From the NCBI GenBank assembly GCA_026770705.1, contig JANJGN010000323.1, positions 372,001-436,000 of the forward strand: a stretch of DNA of 64,000 nt. The letters are read 5' to 3'. Position numbers and translations under genes: made by a program. The notes under the pieces were generated by a model. It ran no database searches, had not been told where the DNA came from, and saw only the letters and a list, made by a program, of their open reading frames with translations. Numbering within the stretch: position 1 is the first letter of the stretch; every line of letters begins with the position of its first letter. The stretch comes from Isurus oxyrinchus (taxonomy: Eukaryota). Shown in pieces: positions 1 through 12,879 of the stretch.

Positions 1-745
1 CGGAGACAGAAAGAAAGAGTGAATGTGTGAGAGAGAGAGAGACAATGTGAGTGTGAGACAGTGAGAGTGTGTATGTTTGAGAGAGAGAGAAGGATAAAGA
101 GAAAGAGAAAATGTGTGTGAGAGAGCATGAGAGAGGTAGAGTGTGTGTGCATGAGAGAGGGAGGTAGCTTGTGTGTGTGAGAGAGAGAGTGTGTGTGAGA
201 GAAAGAGAATATCTGTGTGAGAGTGAGAGAGAGTTTATGTGTGAGAGAGAAAGGTAGAGAGAGAATGTGTGTGTGAGATAGTGTGTGTGCGAAAGAGAGA
301 ATGTGTCTGTGAGAGAGTTTGAGTATGTGAGAGAGTGTGTGTTTGAGATAGGGAGTGTGGGTGTGTTTAAGAGAGTGAACGAATGAAAATGTGTGTATGT
401 GTGTGTGTGTGTGTGAGAGAGAGGGTGTGTGTGTTTGAGAAAGGGAGTGTGCGAGAGAGAGGTGGTGTGCGTGTCTGAGAGACAGGGAGATTGTGCATTT
501 GAGAGAGGGAGTGAGAGAGAACGTTTATGTGTGAGAGAGAGTTTGTATGTGTATGTGCGTGTGTGTGCATGTCTGTGTGTGTGTGAGTTAGTGTGTGTGT
601 GTGTTTGTCTGTGTGTGTGTACGTGTGTATATGTGAGTGCGTGCGTGTATATGTGCCTGTATGTGTGTGTGAGTTTGTGTGTGAGCGTGTGTGTGTCTGT
701 GTGTGTGAGTGCGTGCGTGAGTGTTTGTGTGTGTGTGCGTGTGCA
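1..745. repeat. Compound (GA)n/(GT)n microsatellite
   Basis: Low-complexity dinucleotide tract; duplicated at ~50178-50621. Confidence 0.95.
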
Positions 746-1239
746 TTCTGACTGAGTCGAGTTCACAGTTATACACATTGCTAGGGACCACTTTTCCGCC
801 TCTCTGTGAGACTGTGTGTATCTGACAGCAGGTCAGGCAGAAATAGTCCAGAATGCGCTGTGGTTTTGTAGCATTGAAACAACGACATGAACTAAATGAG
901 TGCTGCACCAAATAAAGACATGGAGTTACCACACCAAAAAACCACGTGACTTCCCCAGTTTCACATCTCCCTCAAACACAGAAAAACTGGGTTAACACTG
1001 ACCCTCCTCCCAGAGCCAGTTCACCTCGTGTCCGATGCAGTCAGGAGAGGAAGATCATCTCTCCTCCGATCCTGCTAAACTGAACATTTCCAGACTTAGA
1101 TCAGCTCCCTGAAGTGTCTCCAGTTAGTCATTCATCTGACAGGATTGACTCTACAACCCTGGGGACTCATTCTCCTGTAAGTAAAACACTTGCTGCTCCT
1201 GTCAAATCTCTTCTGTACAGCATGGTCTCTGGATGTCCC

Positions 1240-1500
1240 AGAACACTTTACAGTTGAGTTCACCCTTTTTTCGAAGTGTGGTTACTGTTGTAATGTAGGA
1301 AACGCAGCAGCCAATTAGCGCACAGCAAGCTCCCACAAACAGCAATGTGATCATCTGTTTTTGGTGATGTTGGTTGAGGGATAAATATTGGTCCCAGGAC
1401 ACCGGGGAGATCTCCCCCCTGCTCTTCCTCCAAATAGTGGTTGTGGGATCTTTCACACCCGCCCGAGAGGGCAGACGGGGGACTCGGTTTAGTGTCTAAT
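1240..1500 (-). mobile_element. Deu-domain SINE fragment (SacSINE1/AmnSINE-like)
   Basis: Reverse complement of the core seen at 55205-55590 (ttgctgtttgtgggagcttgctgtgc…atttatccctcaac); second copy at ~51300-51565. Family name from recollection. Confidence 0.65.
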
Positions 1501-2264
1501 ATTGGACTAATCTCCAGGCGAGGTTGGCTGGATGGATTATTGACAAGGTCCATTCACCCTGTAAAGAGTTTCTCTGGTTTGAAATAACCGATCAAACATC
1601 GAGTTCTGTGTCTAAACCTTGTGTTGAAAAGATACCTTTCCAGCTCTTCACCTGCCATTAGCTTGTTGAGTCTTCACATGCTCCGTCTGTCCGTGACCAA
1701 CCCCTCTTAGCTCATCCTTTCCTTGTCGTACATCGAGCTGTTCATCCTGACGGGTTCCCTCCTTCCCAGTAACACTCCATCTCCGACATCAAACTAACTC
1801 CCAACACATTGATGAATTGTATGGATTCCAGCGTCAGTTGGTTCTGTCTGAGGCTGTTTCTCTGATCAGGGACCGAGCTGTTCTGAACGGACATTGTGTT
1901 CAGCAGTTCTTATTGCAGATCAGGCTGTTCAACCAATGCTGCTGTTCACTGAGGTGACTCCGATTCTACATTCACACATTAATGATCTCATGTCCAGCAG
2001 CAAACATCTGAATGAAGCCAGGTTCAAGAAAAAACCCAGCTGCTTGATCCGACAGTTATCTGTTCAGGCATGGCCCCTTGTTCCAAATAACAAACATTAT
2101 TTAAAAATAGTCATCACATGAGCCTGGTTAACAAGGAAATGAAACCATGAACAATTTGCAGTAAAGTGAAACATACAAGACTAATCTATTTATATTGAGC
2201 TGATGATATAGAATTTTACACGAGGCATGTTGCTGATTTCAAACATCATCTGAATTACGGCAGT

Positions 2265-2425
2265 TCTGACAGTGCAGCACGCCCTCAGTACTGACCCTCT
2301 GACAGTGCAGCACTTCCTCAGTACTGACCCTTTGACAGTGCAGCACTCCCCCAGTACTGACCCACTGACAGTGCAGCACTCCCCCAGTACTGACCCACTG
2401 ACAGTGCAGCACTCCCTTGGTACTG
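2265..2425 (+). repeat. 33-bp minisatellite (short array)
   Basis: Units of cagtgcagcactccctcagtactgaccctctga. Confidence 0.9.
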
Positions 2426-2739
2426 AATCCAGAGATACAAGGAAGAGACTGAAGAGCTGACGATTCAGCTGAATTAAAAAACAGAGGCAGTTACAGAATC
2501 ACAACAAGTTTACAGAGCAGAAGGAGGCTATTCAGCCCCTCGAGCCTGTTGCACAGGAGAGGCCATTCAGCCCCCTCGAGCCTGTTACACAGGAACAGGA
2601 AGAGGCAATTCAACCACATTCTTGATACCAAAGGGGTTACCAGTTTGCTTACGGTGGAAGACAAAGAGTTGGTTTCTCAAATTCACACAAACCAACTCAC
2701 ATTTTGACTCACAGAGACACATTCACCCTTTCTAATTAA

Positions 2740-2832
2740 ATACACAGAGGGAGGAGCACAGGAAGAGGTCATTCAGCCCAAGCAGAGCGTGTGGGCAGTT
2801 CCTCCCCAGGCGAGCAGTCGGACAGGTCCTGG
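2740..2832 (+). other. Gene A putative non-coding exon 1
   Basis: Block conserved upstream of A, B and C ending in CTGG|gtaagt donor; 5' start approximate. Confidence 0.55.
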
Positions 2833-3265
2833 GTAAGTAACGGAACGATTGGAATTCACTTCCACCACCAACACCGTCCTTTGTTGATGTTGTGACTTTA
2901 TAAAGACAGATTCCAATGATTGATGCCTTTGAAAGATTTCTACTGATTATTGAGATCTGGGTGTGAGGCTCAAGTCTGTTGTACAGAACATCTTTCTTGC
3001 TCAAGTGATGAGGAAAATGGGATGCCCTGAGCTGGTGAAAGGTGCTATAGAAATGCAAGCCCTTCATTGTTTTTCTTTCTTAAAGCCTTGTAACTCTCTG
3101 CAGAACACCTATCATCCCACAGAGAATCAAATTAGTCTGTGAAGTCATTGTCTAAAAGGAGTTCTGATCTCTTGAGATCTGTTGGTCAAGAGGTGAGGTC
3201 TTATTAACTCCTTTCTCTTTCTGAGTTTGAGAGTGAGAAGTGGATGGAATATCTGGGAGTGGACA

Positions 3266-3305
3266 ATGATCGGGAAATCTTACTTCCTCCTGACACTTCT
3301 CCAAA
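3266..3305 (+). pseudogene. Gene A leader exon (MIGKSYFLLTLLQ)
   Basis: ATG plus hydrophobic leader, phase-1 donor A|gtaata; paralogous to 20871-20910 and 29887-29926. Confidence 0.75.
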
Positions 3306-4480
3306 GTAATATCATCATCAGATTTAATGTTAATAATCTCTGTAAAGGATCATTCTTATTGAGCTGTGATTGGGAACCGATTCAGCAGTGACCCTGTGCA
3401 CAAACTCATACCAAGTCCCATTCACCCATCACCCCTGTGCTCACTGATATACACTGATTCTCTGTCTGACAGCAGAATTGGAAGTGATCAGAGATCTCAG
3501 AGAGTTGTAGGGACTGGAGGACGTTACAAATTTAAGCAGAATTGTAGCAGCGAGAGCAGAATCTTAAAATTCAGGTGCTATCGGTTGTTGGTCAGTGAGC
3601 GATGGGGAGTGATGGGTTGAGTAGAGAAGCAAAGATAAAAACTGGGGGATGAAGTCTATCCTGCTGCGAGGTCTCCGATAGCAATGGCCTGAAATTTGTG
3701 TCCTTTGCTGCCTTTATTCAAAATTTCCATGAAGACAGCACAGCAGCTCCTAGAATAGACAGGCTGTTCAGTGTCACACTTCCTGTCCATTCTCACCATG
3801 CTAGATACTTCAATAAGGGAGCAAGATAACTGAAAGAGAGAAGGAAGGTAAAGCTGTCCGTGTGTAAAACTGTCAAATATTCTGAGTTATCATGATTGTC
3901 TCTGATCTGCTGCAGAGTTTAAATTTCACAGAATCTGAACACTTTGCAGCTCAGAGAGAGACCATTGACTCACTGCCTGAAAGGGCGGTGGAAGCAGATT
4001 CAACAGGAACTTTCAGATGGGGAACTGGATAAATACTTGAAGGGAAATTTGCAGGGATGTGTGAAAGGTGCTGGAGAGGAATTGGGAAAGAGCCAGCACA
4101 TGCACGATGGGTCAAATGAGCTCCTCCTGTGTTGTATCATTCAACAATCAGACAATTTAAGACCCTTGTCAGCAAATCTTCAGAATCCTGCTGAATCACA
4201 GATGTTTCAGAAGGACAGGGAACAAAAAGTTTCTGGTATCAGCGTTTCATGTGGGGCCCAGTTCAGTTTGAACAAATAAACAACACCATCTTTGAAAGTC
4301 ATGAACCCAACACAGCGGCACCTCCGACACATGCAGAGCTCAGGCTAGAGGCGCTTTGTTAGTGTGTTTCACAGTGTCTGCTGGAGTAGGGTCAGTGCTG
4401 AGCTTGGGGACAAGTCAGTCTACAATGCTGCATCGGAATCAACAATGCAACAATATGGGGTTTGGATCAGAAATAATCCA

Positions 4481-4752
4481 TTAGACAATGAGGATCCAAA
4501 GAGATTCCTTAGACAATGAGGATCCAAAGAGATTCCTTAGACAATGAGGATCCAAAGAGATTCCTCAGACAATGAGGATCCAAAGAGATTCCTCAGACAA
4601 TGAGTGTCCAAAGAGATTCCTTAGACAATGATGGTCCAAAGAGATTCCTTAGACAATGAGGGTCCAAAATGATTCCTCAAACAATAAGGATCCAAAGAGA
4701 TTCCTCAGACAATGAGGATCCAAAGAGATTCCTTAGACAATGAAGATACAAA
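4481..4752 (+). repeat. 28-bp minisatellite, ~9.5 copies
   Basis: ttagacaatgaggatccaaagagattcc repeated head-to-tail. Confidence 0.95.
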
Positions 4753-4961
4753 GTGCACCAATCAGATTGAACCAGATTAGCCAATCAGCTGTGTTGAAGA
4801 GCAGACAGGAATGTTAGGCCAATTAGTGATTCATGACGGTGATAATGGGGGGAGTTGTGAGGGCTCCTAATCCATTGTCCTGTCTTGTAAATCAGCACTG
4901 AATGGATCTCAATTGGTGGGTCTTGTAGAGTCTGTGTTGGGTGGAAGACTGGCTTCACTAA

Positions 4962-5247
4962 GGGGAAGCGGTAGCAGAGAGTATTGTCACTGGGCTAGTA
5001 TTCCAGAGGCCCAGGTTGATGCTCTGGGGCCCTGGGTGTGAATCCTATCACAGCAGATGAATGGGATTAAAAAGCCTGGTTCACTGATCACCTATAGGGA
5101 AGGAAATCTCCACCCTTACCCAGTCTGGCCTACATGTCACTCCAAATCCACAGCAATACAATTGATTCTTAAATGCCTCTGATGGACATGGGATGGGTAA
5201 TACATGCTGGGCACATCCCATGAACGGATAATTTGAAAAACACATGA
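4962..5247 (+). mobile_element. SINE-like insertion flanked by ~40-bp direct repeats
   Basis: Absent from the paralogous introns of B and C; flanks 4922-4961 and 5248-5287; LINE-like tail cacatcccatgaa. Confidence 0.6.
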
Positions 5248-5503
5248 CTTGGAGACACTGTGTTGGGTGGAAGACTGGCTTCACTAAACAGGGTCCTGAG
5301 GACCATGAGCCAATGTAGAATGAACTTGTCCACTCCTGTGTCCAGGATTCTCTTCCATCCATTGTGAAACCTTGGCAGATCCCTGTTTGTCCTGTAGATG
5401 GTCCACACTGCAGCCACTGTGCCCCAGTGATGGAGGGGGTGGATACCGAGTCTAGTGGATCTACAAACCATCCAGAGTTAAATATTGATATTTCTCTCCC
5501 CAG

Positions 5504-5872
5504 TTGGACTGTCACAAGAGTGGAAAGGTGACACTCCACGAGAGGTGACAGCGCAGGAAGATTCGTGTGTACAGATTCCATGTCATTACAGTTATCCATC
5601 ACATTTGGAAAGCCGACCATGAGTCGGAGTCTGGTTTAATAACGAGAATCAGATTCCTGGATCTCCCATTGCCTTTCACTCCAAGGACCACAGTCACGAG
5701 TTACCACGGTTCCACCATCGGACCCGGCTGTCTGGAGACCTGAAAGATGGCGACTGTTCCCTGATTATAAACAACATCAGACGGGAAGATGCAGGACCTT
5801 ATTTTTTCAGGATAGAATTTGACAGCAGAAATAGATACAGCTACTATCCTGTAACCCAGCTTCACATTTCTG
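5504..5872 (+). pseudogene. Gene A Siglec V-set exon with premature stop
   Basis: cag|...G|gtaagt, 369 nt; QEWKGDTP...SCVQIPC...GDCSL...YFFRIEFDSRNRYSYYP; TGA at 5620-5622. Confidence 0.9.
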
Positions 5873-6272
5873 GTAAGTGCTGTGTTATAATTACTCAACA
5901 ATTCACATTCAACACTCAATGGGAAATAACACAAACTGTGACGTTTACATATTAACACAAAACACAGCTTATTATAACACACTGTCTGATTTTCAATAAC
6001 CTGCTGATAGCTTCCAGTTCAGTCCTAAAGCAACCTCTATTACTCACTTTAATATCAATGATTAAATATATTGACTGTGTCCATCAAAGTTATCAGGTTA
6101 TCCACTCTCATCGATCTCTCTAATCCTGTTTAAAATAATTTCCTGATCATTGTAATCTCTCAGTTCTGATATCATCCTTGTAAAAGTGCTTTCTCTTGTG
6201 GGACTGTGATTTCTATTTGAACTGATGCTTCACGTTATATTTCTCTAAAAGGATCCATTTTCTGTCTGTTAG

Positions 6273-6569
6273 ATTTCACAGATAAACCCATGATATTCCC
6301 TGCTGAAATTATTGCAGGAAAGCGTGTGGATGTAAGCTGCACCTTCAACACAACGTGCAATGGAACAGCAGCACCTGTCTTAACCTGGGACACTCCCACT
6401 GACGTACCTGGATCAGTCTCAAACACTGTAACTCAGCATGGTGTCACTCTGACCTATACTTCTGTTCTGACCCTGATCCCATCACTCAAACACCACGGAC
6501 ACACTCTCAGCTGCAGAGTGAGATATCCATCTGTTTCATCGGAGCGGACCCTCGTACTAACTGTACAAG
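6273..6569 (+). pseudogene. Gene A Siglec domain-2 (C2-set) exon
   Basis: ttag|...G|gtaagt, 297 nt; DFTDKPMIFP...SCTFNTTC...SVLTLIPSLKHHGHTLSCRV. Confidence 0.9.
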
Positions 6570-6774
6570 GTAAGTATGGACATCCTTCATTATACATTCG
6601 CTGGAACAGTCTAGATTATGCACAGCAGGATCCCTTAGAAAGGTATTCTGATGAGAACCAGATTATCTGTAGTTTAGGGAAAAACACTGACCAGAAAACA
6701 GTCAATGACAGTTTCTGAACATTAACACTGGAGCTTTTTTTTCCAGCCAAGAAGCTGACAGAGCAGAGCATCAC

Positions 6775-7480
6775 TCACAATATACTAACCCCCTGACAGT
6801 GCAGCACTCCCTCAGTACTGACCGCCTGACAGTGCAGCACTCCCTCAGTACTGACCGCCTGACAGTGCAGCACTCCCTCAGTGCTGATCCTCCAACAGTG
6901 CAGCAATCCCTCAGTACTGACCCTCCAACAGTGCAGAACTCCCTCAGCACTGACCCTCTGACAGTGTAGCACTCCCTCAGTACTGACCCTCTGACAGTGC
7001 AGCACTCCCTCAGTACTGACCTGCTGAAATTGCAGCTCTCCCTCAGTACTGACCCTCTGACATTGCAGCACTCCCTCAGTACTGACCCTCCAATAATGAA
7101 ACAATCCCTCAGTACTGACTCTCCAACAGTGCAGCACTCCTTCACTGCTGACCCTCCAACTCTGCAGTGCTCCCTCAGGACTGAAAATCCAACATTTCAT
7201 ATCTCCCTCCTGACCGACCCTCTGAAAATACAGCAGATCCTCGGTCGAGACTTTCAAACAGTGCAGCACTTCCACAGTACTGAATCTCCCCCCCACCCAC
7301 AGTGCAGCACTTCCAAAGTACTGAACCTCTGACAGTGCAGCACTCCCTCAGTACTGACCCTCCCACCTGCAGCACTCCCTCAGTACTGACCCTCCCACCT
7401 GCAGCACTCCCTCAGTACTGACCCTCCCACATGCAGCACTCCCTCAGTACTGACCCTTTGACAGTGCTGCACTACCTCAC
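6775..7480 (+). repeat. 33-bp minisatellite array
   Basis: Degenerate tandem units. Confidence 0.9.
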
Positions 7481-7714
7481 TATTGGCTTTAAACTAAATA
7501 GAGTGTGGGGCGAATGTTTCTGGAGAGGGTATATGTACAGTTACAAACCAAAAGGATTTATTAGCATTGCAGGATAGCTGTTTTGGCAATGATACCCAGT
7601 GTGTGACAGGAAGGGACACAGTGTCCAAACATAAAAATACATCAGCAAATAGTGTCAGAGGTGGGGAAATGATAAAAAGACAAAATTAATGGCTCTTTAC
7701 TTAAATGCACATAG

Positions 7715-8370
7715 TATTTGGAATGCTGACCTTTATTTCAAAGGGAATGGAGTATAAAAATAGGGAAGCCTTGCTAAAACTATACAAGGCACTAGTTAGA
7801 CCACACCTAGAATACTGTGAGCAGTTTTGGTTCCCTTATCTAAGGAAAGATGTACTGGCATTGGAGGCAGTCCAGAGAAGGTTCACTAGGTTGATCCCAG
7901 TAATGGAGGGATTTTCATATGAGGAGAGGTTGAGTAGGATGGGCCTGTACTCATTGGAGTTTAGGAGAATGAGAGGTGACCTTATTGAAACATATAAGAT
8001 TCTTAGGCACTTGACAGGGTAGATGCTGAGAGGTTGTTTCCCCTTGTGGGAGAGTATAGGACCAGAGGGCATAATCTCAGAGTAAGGGGTCACCCATTTA
8101 AGACAGAGATGAGGAGCTTCTTCTCTCAGAGGGTAGTGAATGTGTGGAATTATTTACTACAGAGAGCTGCAGAGGCTGGGTCATTAATTATATTCAAGGC
8201 TGAGATACACAGTTTTTTAATCAGTCAGGGAATCAAAGGCTATGGGGAAAAGGCAGGAAAGTGGAGTTGAGGATTGTCAGATCAGACATGGTGTCATTGA
8301 ATGGCGGAGCAGAGTTGATTGGCCGAATGGCCTCCTTCTGCTCTGACGTCTTGTGGTCTTATGGTCTTAT
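7715..8370 (+). mobile_element. CR1-clade LINE 3' end (HER1-like)
   Basis: LYKALVRPHLEYC…QRRFTRLIP…YEERL…RRMRGDLIETYKI, 3' UTR and (tcttatgg)n tail. Confidence 0.9.
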
Positions 8371-11300
8371 CACCCTCCAACAGTGCAGATCTCCCTAATT
8401 ACTGATCCTCCGACAGTGCAGCACTCCCTCAGTACTGACCCTCCGACAGTGCAGCACTCCCTCAGTACTGACCCTCCGACAGAGCAGCACTCTTCCAGTA
8501 CTGACCCTCCGACAATGCAGCACTCCCTCAGTACTGAAACTCTGACAGTGCAGAGCTCCCTAAGTACTGACCCTCCAACAGTGCAGCACTGCCTCAATAC
8601 TGACCCTCCAACAGTGCAGCACTGCCTCAATACTGACCCTCCAACAGTGCAGCACTCCCTCAGTGCTGACCCTCCGACAGTGCAGCACTCCCTCAGTACT
8701 GACCCTCCGATAGTGCAGCAGTCCCTCACTACTGACCCTCCGTCAGAGCAGAGCTCCTAATTACTGACCCTCCAACAGTGCAGCACTCCCTCAGTACTGA
8801 CCCTCCAACAGTGCAGAACTCCCTAATTACTGACCCTCCAAAAGTGCAGCCCTCCCTCAGTACTGACCCTCCAACAGTGCAGCACTCACTCAGTACTGAC
8901 CCTCTGACAGTGCAGCGCTCCCTCAGTACTGACCCTCCAACAGTGCAGCACTCCCTCAGTACTGACCCTCCGACAGTGCAGCACTCCCTCAGTACTGACC
9001 CTCCAACAGTGCAGCACTCCCTCACTGCTGACCCTCTACCGTGCAGCACTCCCTAAATACTGACACTCTGACAGTGCAGCACTCCCTCAGTATTGACCCT
9101 CCGACAGTGCAGAGCTCCCTAATTACTGACCCACCGACAGTGCAGCACTCCCTCAGTACTGACCCTCCGACAGTGCAGTATTCTTTCAGTTCTGACCCTC
9201 CGACAGTGCAGCACTCCCTCAGTACTGACCATCCAACAGTGCAGAGCTCCCTAATTACTGACCCTCCGACAGTGCAGCACTCCCTCAGTACTGACCCTCC
9301 GACAGTGCAGCACTCCCTCAGTACTGACTCTCCCGCAGTGCAGCACTCCCTCAGTACTGACCCTCCAACAGTGCAGAGCTCCCTAATTACTGACCCTCCG
9401 ACAGTGCAGCACTCTCTCAGTACTGACCCTCCGACAGTGCAGCACACCCTCAGTACTGAACCTCCGACAGTGCAGAGCTCACTAAATACTGACCCTCCCA
9501 CAGTGCAACACTCCCTCAGTACTGATCCTCCGACAGTGCAGCACTCCCTCAGTACTGATCCTCCGACAGTTCAACACTCCCTCAGTACTGTCCCACCGAC
9601 AGTGCAGCTCTCCCTCAATACTGACCCTCCGACAGTGCACCACTCCATCAGTACTGAACCTTCAACAGTGCAGCACTCCCTCAGTACTGATCCTCCAACA
9701 GTGCAGCACTCCATCAGTACTGATTCTCCGACAGTGAAGTACTCGCTCAGTACTGACTATGTGGCAGTGAAGCTTTTACAGTACCCACCCACCATCAGTA
9801 CAGCAGGTCCTCAGTACTCACCCTCCAACAGGGCAGCACTCCCTCACTACTGACCCTCCGTCAGAGCAGAGCTCCTAATTACTGACCCTCCAACAGTGCA
9901 GCACTCCCTCAGTACTGACCATCCAACAGTGCAGCACTCACTCAGTACTGACCCTCTGACAGTGCAGAGCTCCCTCAGTACTGACCCTCCAACAGTGCAG
10001 CACTCCCTCAGTACTGACCCTCCGACAGTGCAGCACTCCCTCAGTACTGACCCTCCAACAGTGCAGCACTCCCTCACTACTGACCCTCTGACCGTGCAGC
10101 ACTCCCTAAATACTGACACTCTGACAGTGCAGCACTCCCTCAGTATTGACCCTCCGACAGTGCAGCGCTCCCTAATTACTGACCCTCCGACAGTGCAGAG
10201 CTCCCTAATTACTGACCCTCCGACAGTGCAGCACTCCCTCAGTACTTTCCTCCGACAGTGCAGCACTCCCTCAGTACTGACCCTCCGACAGTGCAGCACT
10301 CCCTCAGTACTGACCCTCCAACAGTGCAGAGCTCCCTAATTACTGACCCTCCGACAGTGCAGCACCCTCTCAGTACTGACCCTCCGACAGTGCAGCACAC
10401 CCTCAGTACTGAACCTCCGACAGTGCAGAGCTCACTAAATACTGACCCTCCCACAGTGCAGCACTCCCTCAGTACTGACCCTCCGACAGTGCAGCACTCC
10501 CTCAGTACTGATCCTCCGACAGTGCAACACTCCCTCAGTACTGTCCCACCGACAGTGCAGCACTCCCTCAGTACTGATCCTCCGACAGTGCAACACTCCC
10601 TCAGTACTGTCCCACCGACAGTGCAGCACTCCCTCAGTACTGATCCTCCGACAGTGCAAGACTCCCTCAGTACTGCCCCACCGACAGTGCCGCTCTCCCT
10701 CAGTACTGACCCATCGACAGTGCAGCACTCCCTCAGTACTGATCCTCCGACAGTGCAACACTCCCTCAGTACTGTCCCACCAACAGTGCAGCACTCCCTC
10801 AGTACTGATCCTCCGACAGTTCAACACTCCCTCAGTACTGTCCCACCGACAGTGCAGCTCTCCCTCAATACTGACCCTCCGACAGTGCACCACTCCATCA
10901 GTACTGAACCTTCAACAGTGCAGCACTCCCTCAGTATTGATCCTCCAACAGTGCAGCACTCCCTCAGTACTGATCCTCCAACAGTGCAGCACTCCCTCAG
11001 TGCTGACCCTCCGACAGTGAAGTCCTCGCTCAGTACTGACCCTCTGACAGTGCAGCATTCCCTCAGTACTGACCCTCCAACAGTGCAGAGCTCCCTAATT
11101 ACTGACCCTCCAACAGTGCAGCACTTCCTCAGTACTGACCCTCCAACTGTGCAGAGATCCCTAATTACTGACGCTCCGACAATGCAGCACTCTTCCAGTA
11201 CTGACCCTCCGACAGTGCAGCATTCCCTAAGTACTGACCCTCCAACAGTGCAGCACTGCCTCAATACTGACCCTCCAACAGTGCAGCACTCCCTCAGTGC

Positions 11301-11470
11301 TGACCCTCCAACAGTGAAGTACTCGCTCAGTACTGACTATGCGGCAGTGAAGCTTTCACAGTACCCACCCACCATCAGTACAGCAGGTCCTCAGTACTCA
11401 CCCTCCAACAGTGCAGCACTCCCTCAGTACTGACCCTCCAACAGTGCAGCACTCCCTCAGTACTGAACTG
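8371..11470 (+). repeat. 33-bp minisatellite array (~3.1 kb) with higher-order duplication
   Basis: About 90 units; the variant block gactat-gcagtgaagcttt…cagcaggtcc recurs at ~9755 and ~11335. Confidence 0.95.
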
Positions 11471-11570
11471 AAGAGTCTGCCTGAATTATGTGCTTTGTGG
11501 TGAAGGATTGATATTACACCTTTAACATTGTCAGGGTCTCTGAAAGTAACTGATCTTTATTTGTTTTTAG

Positions 11571-11849
11571 ATGCACCACAGAATCTCTCAATTACTTTTC
11601 ATGATATGATTAACGCTTCATCGATCAATATAATTGAGAATTCTGCAGTGATAATCTGCTCTGTCGAGAGCTTCCCAGCTTCTAACCTGACGTGGCGACA
11701 TCTTAATGTCCCAATGAACAGAACAAGTTCCAACAATGAGCTGTGGTTGGTGATTCCTCACGTTACATCCAGGGACACTGGAGACTATCAGTGTGTGGCA
11801 GATAATGAACATGGAGCAGTGGAGGGATTCATAACCATCACTGTAGAAC
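11571..11849 (+). pseudogene. Gene A stalk Ig repeat exon 1
   Basis: tttag|...C|gtgagt, 279 nt (one codon shorter than the C copies); APQNLSI...CSVESFPASNLTW...DTGDYQCVADNEHG. Confidence 0.85.
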
Positions 11850-12013
11850 GTGAGTTAACACAAATTGCAATAACACTCCTCTCACATGCAGACGCACACA
11901 CACACACATAGACATACACATGCACACACACTCACTCATGAACAGATGTATACAAACAGGCACACGCACACATGCGCAAACACATACACACACACACACG
12001 CACAAACAAACAC

Positions 12014-12156
12014 NNNNNNNNNNNNNNNNNNNNNNNNNNNNNNNNNNNNNNNNNNNNNNNNNNNNNNNNNNNNNNNNNNNNNNNNNNNNNNNNNNNNNNN
12101 NNNNNNNNNNNNNNNNNNNNNNNNNNNNNNNNNNNNNNNNNNNNNNNNNNNNNNNN
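12014..12156. other. Assembly gap (further gaps at 34513-34661, 46941-47102, 48010-48182, 50622-50831)
   Basis: N runs, at or next to CA/GT microsatellite positions. Confidence 0.99.
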
Positions 12157-12573
12157 CTCTCAGGGCTGCACTGGAGTCTCGGTATCAGCCCTGATTCTGT
12201 GTTGAAGGAAGGTAAACTCCAGATCAACAAGACCCTGAATTGGATGAGCAACCTCCTGAACAGTGAATTTTATATTTACCCCTCAGTGCTCCATCAATCA
12301 AATACAATTCATTGCCTGTCAAGCCCTTGGCGAATTCCTGAGGATGTGAATGGAACTTTCTTTCATTCTAGATTGACAGCACCTCAACTGGTGGGGGAAT
12401 GCAACTGCAGTGTGACAGTTTACATAGGCAGTGTCCATTATAAATGTGACAGAGGAACTTATTCGGAGGAAAGGTGCCTGGAAATGCATTCAGACATCAG
12501 ATAAAAAGAGATGATACATGGAGTCTTGCTGTGCACTGTGTTTGCTCACTCTAAAATCTTTATATGTTTATAG

Positions 12574-12855
12574 GCGCACCACAGAATCTCTCAATTACTT
12601 CTCTTGATATGATTAACACTTCATCGATCAATATAATTGAGGGGAATTCTGCAGTGATAATCTGCTCTGTCGAGAGCTTCCCAGCTTCTAACCTGACGTG
12701 GCGACATCTTAATGTCCCAATGAACAGAACAAGTTCCAACAATGAGCTGTGGTTGGTGATTCCTCATGTTATATCCAGGGACACTGGAGACTATCAGTGT
12801 GTGGCAGAGAATGAACATGGAGCAGTGGAGGGGTTCATAACCATCACTGTGGAAC
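12574..12855 (+). pseudogene. Gene A stalk Ig repeat exon 2 with destroyed donor
   Basis: 282 nt; donor reads C|attagt instead of C|gtgagt, so read-through hits TAG at 12858-12860. Confidence 0.85.
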
Positions 12856-12879
12856 ATTAGTTACACAGAATTCAACATT

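Noticed and set aside
367-932. His/Thr- or Cys/Val-rich ORFs
   Set aside because: Translations of CA/GT microsatellites, as are the ORF extensions after each stalk exon.
4481-4752. CRISPR-like 28-bp repeats
   Set aside because: Head-to-tail with no unique spacers, eukaryotic context, no cas genes.
5620-5622. Selenocysteine or read-through TGA
   Set aside because: Paralogues have CGA/CAA, consistent with CpG decay, and A has other lesions.
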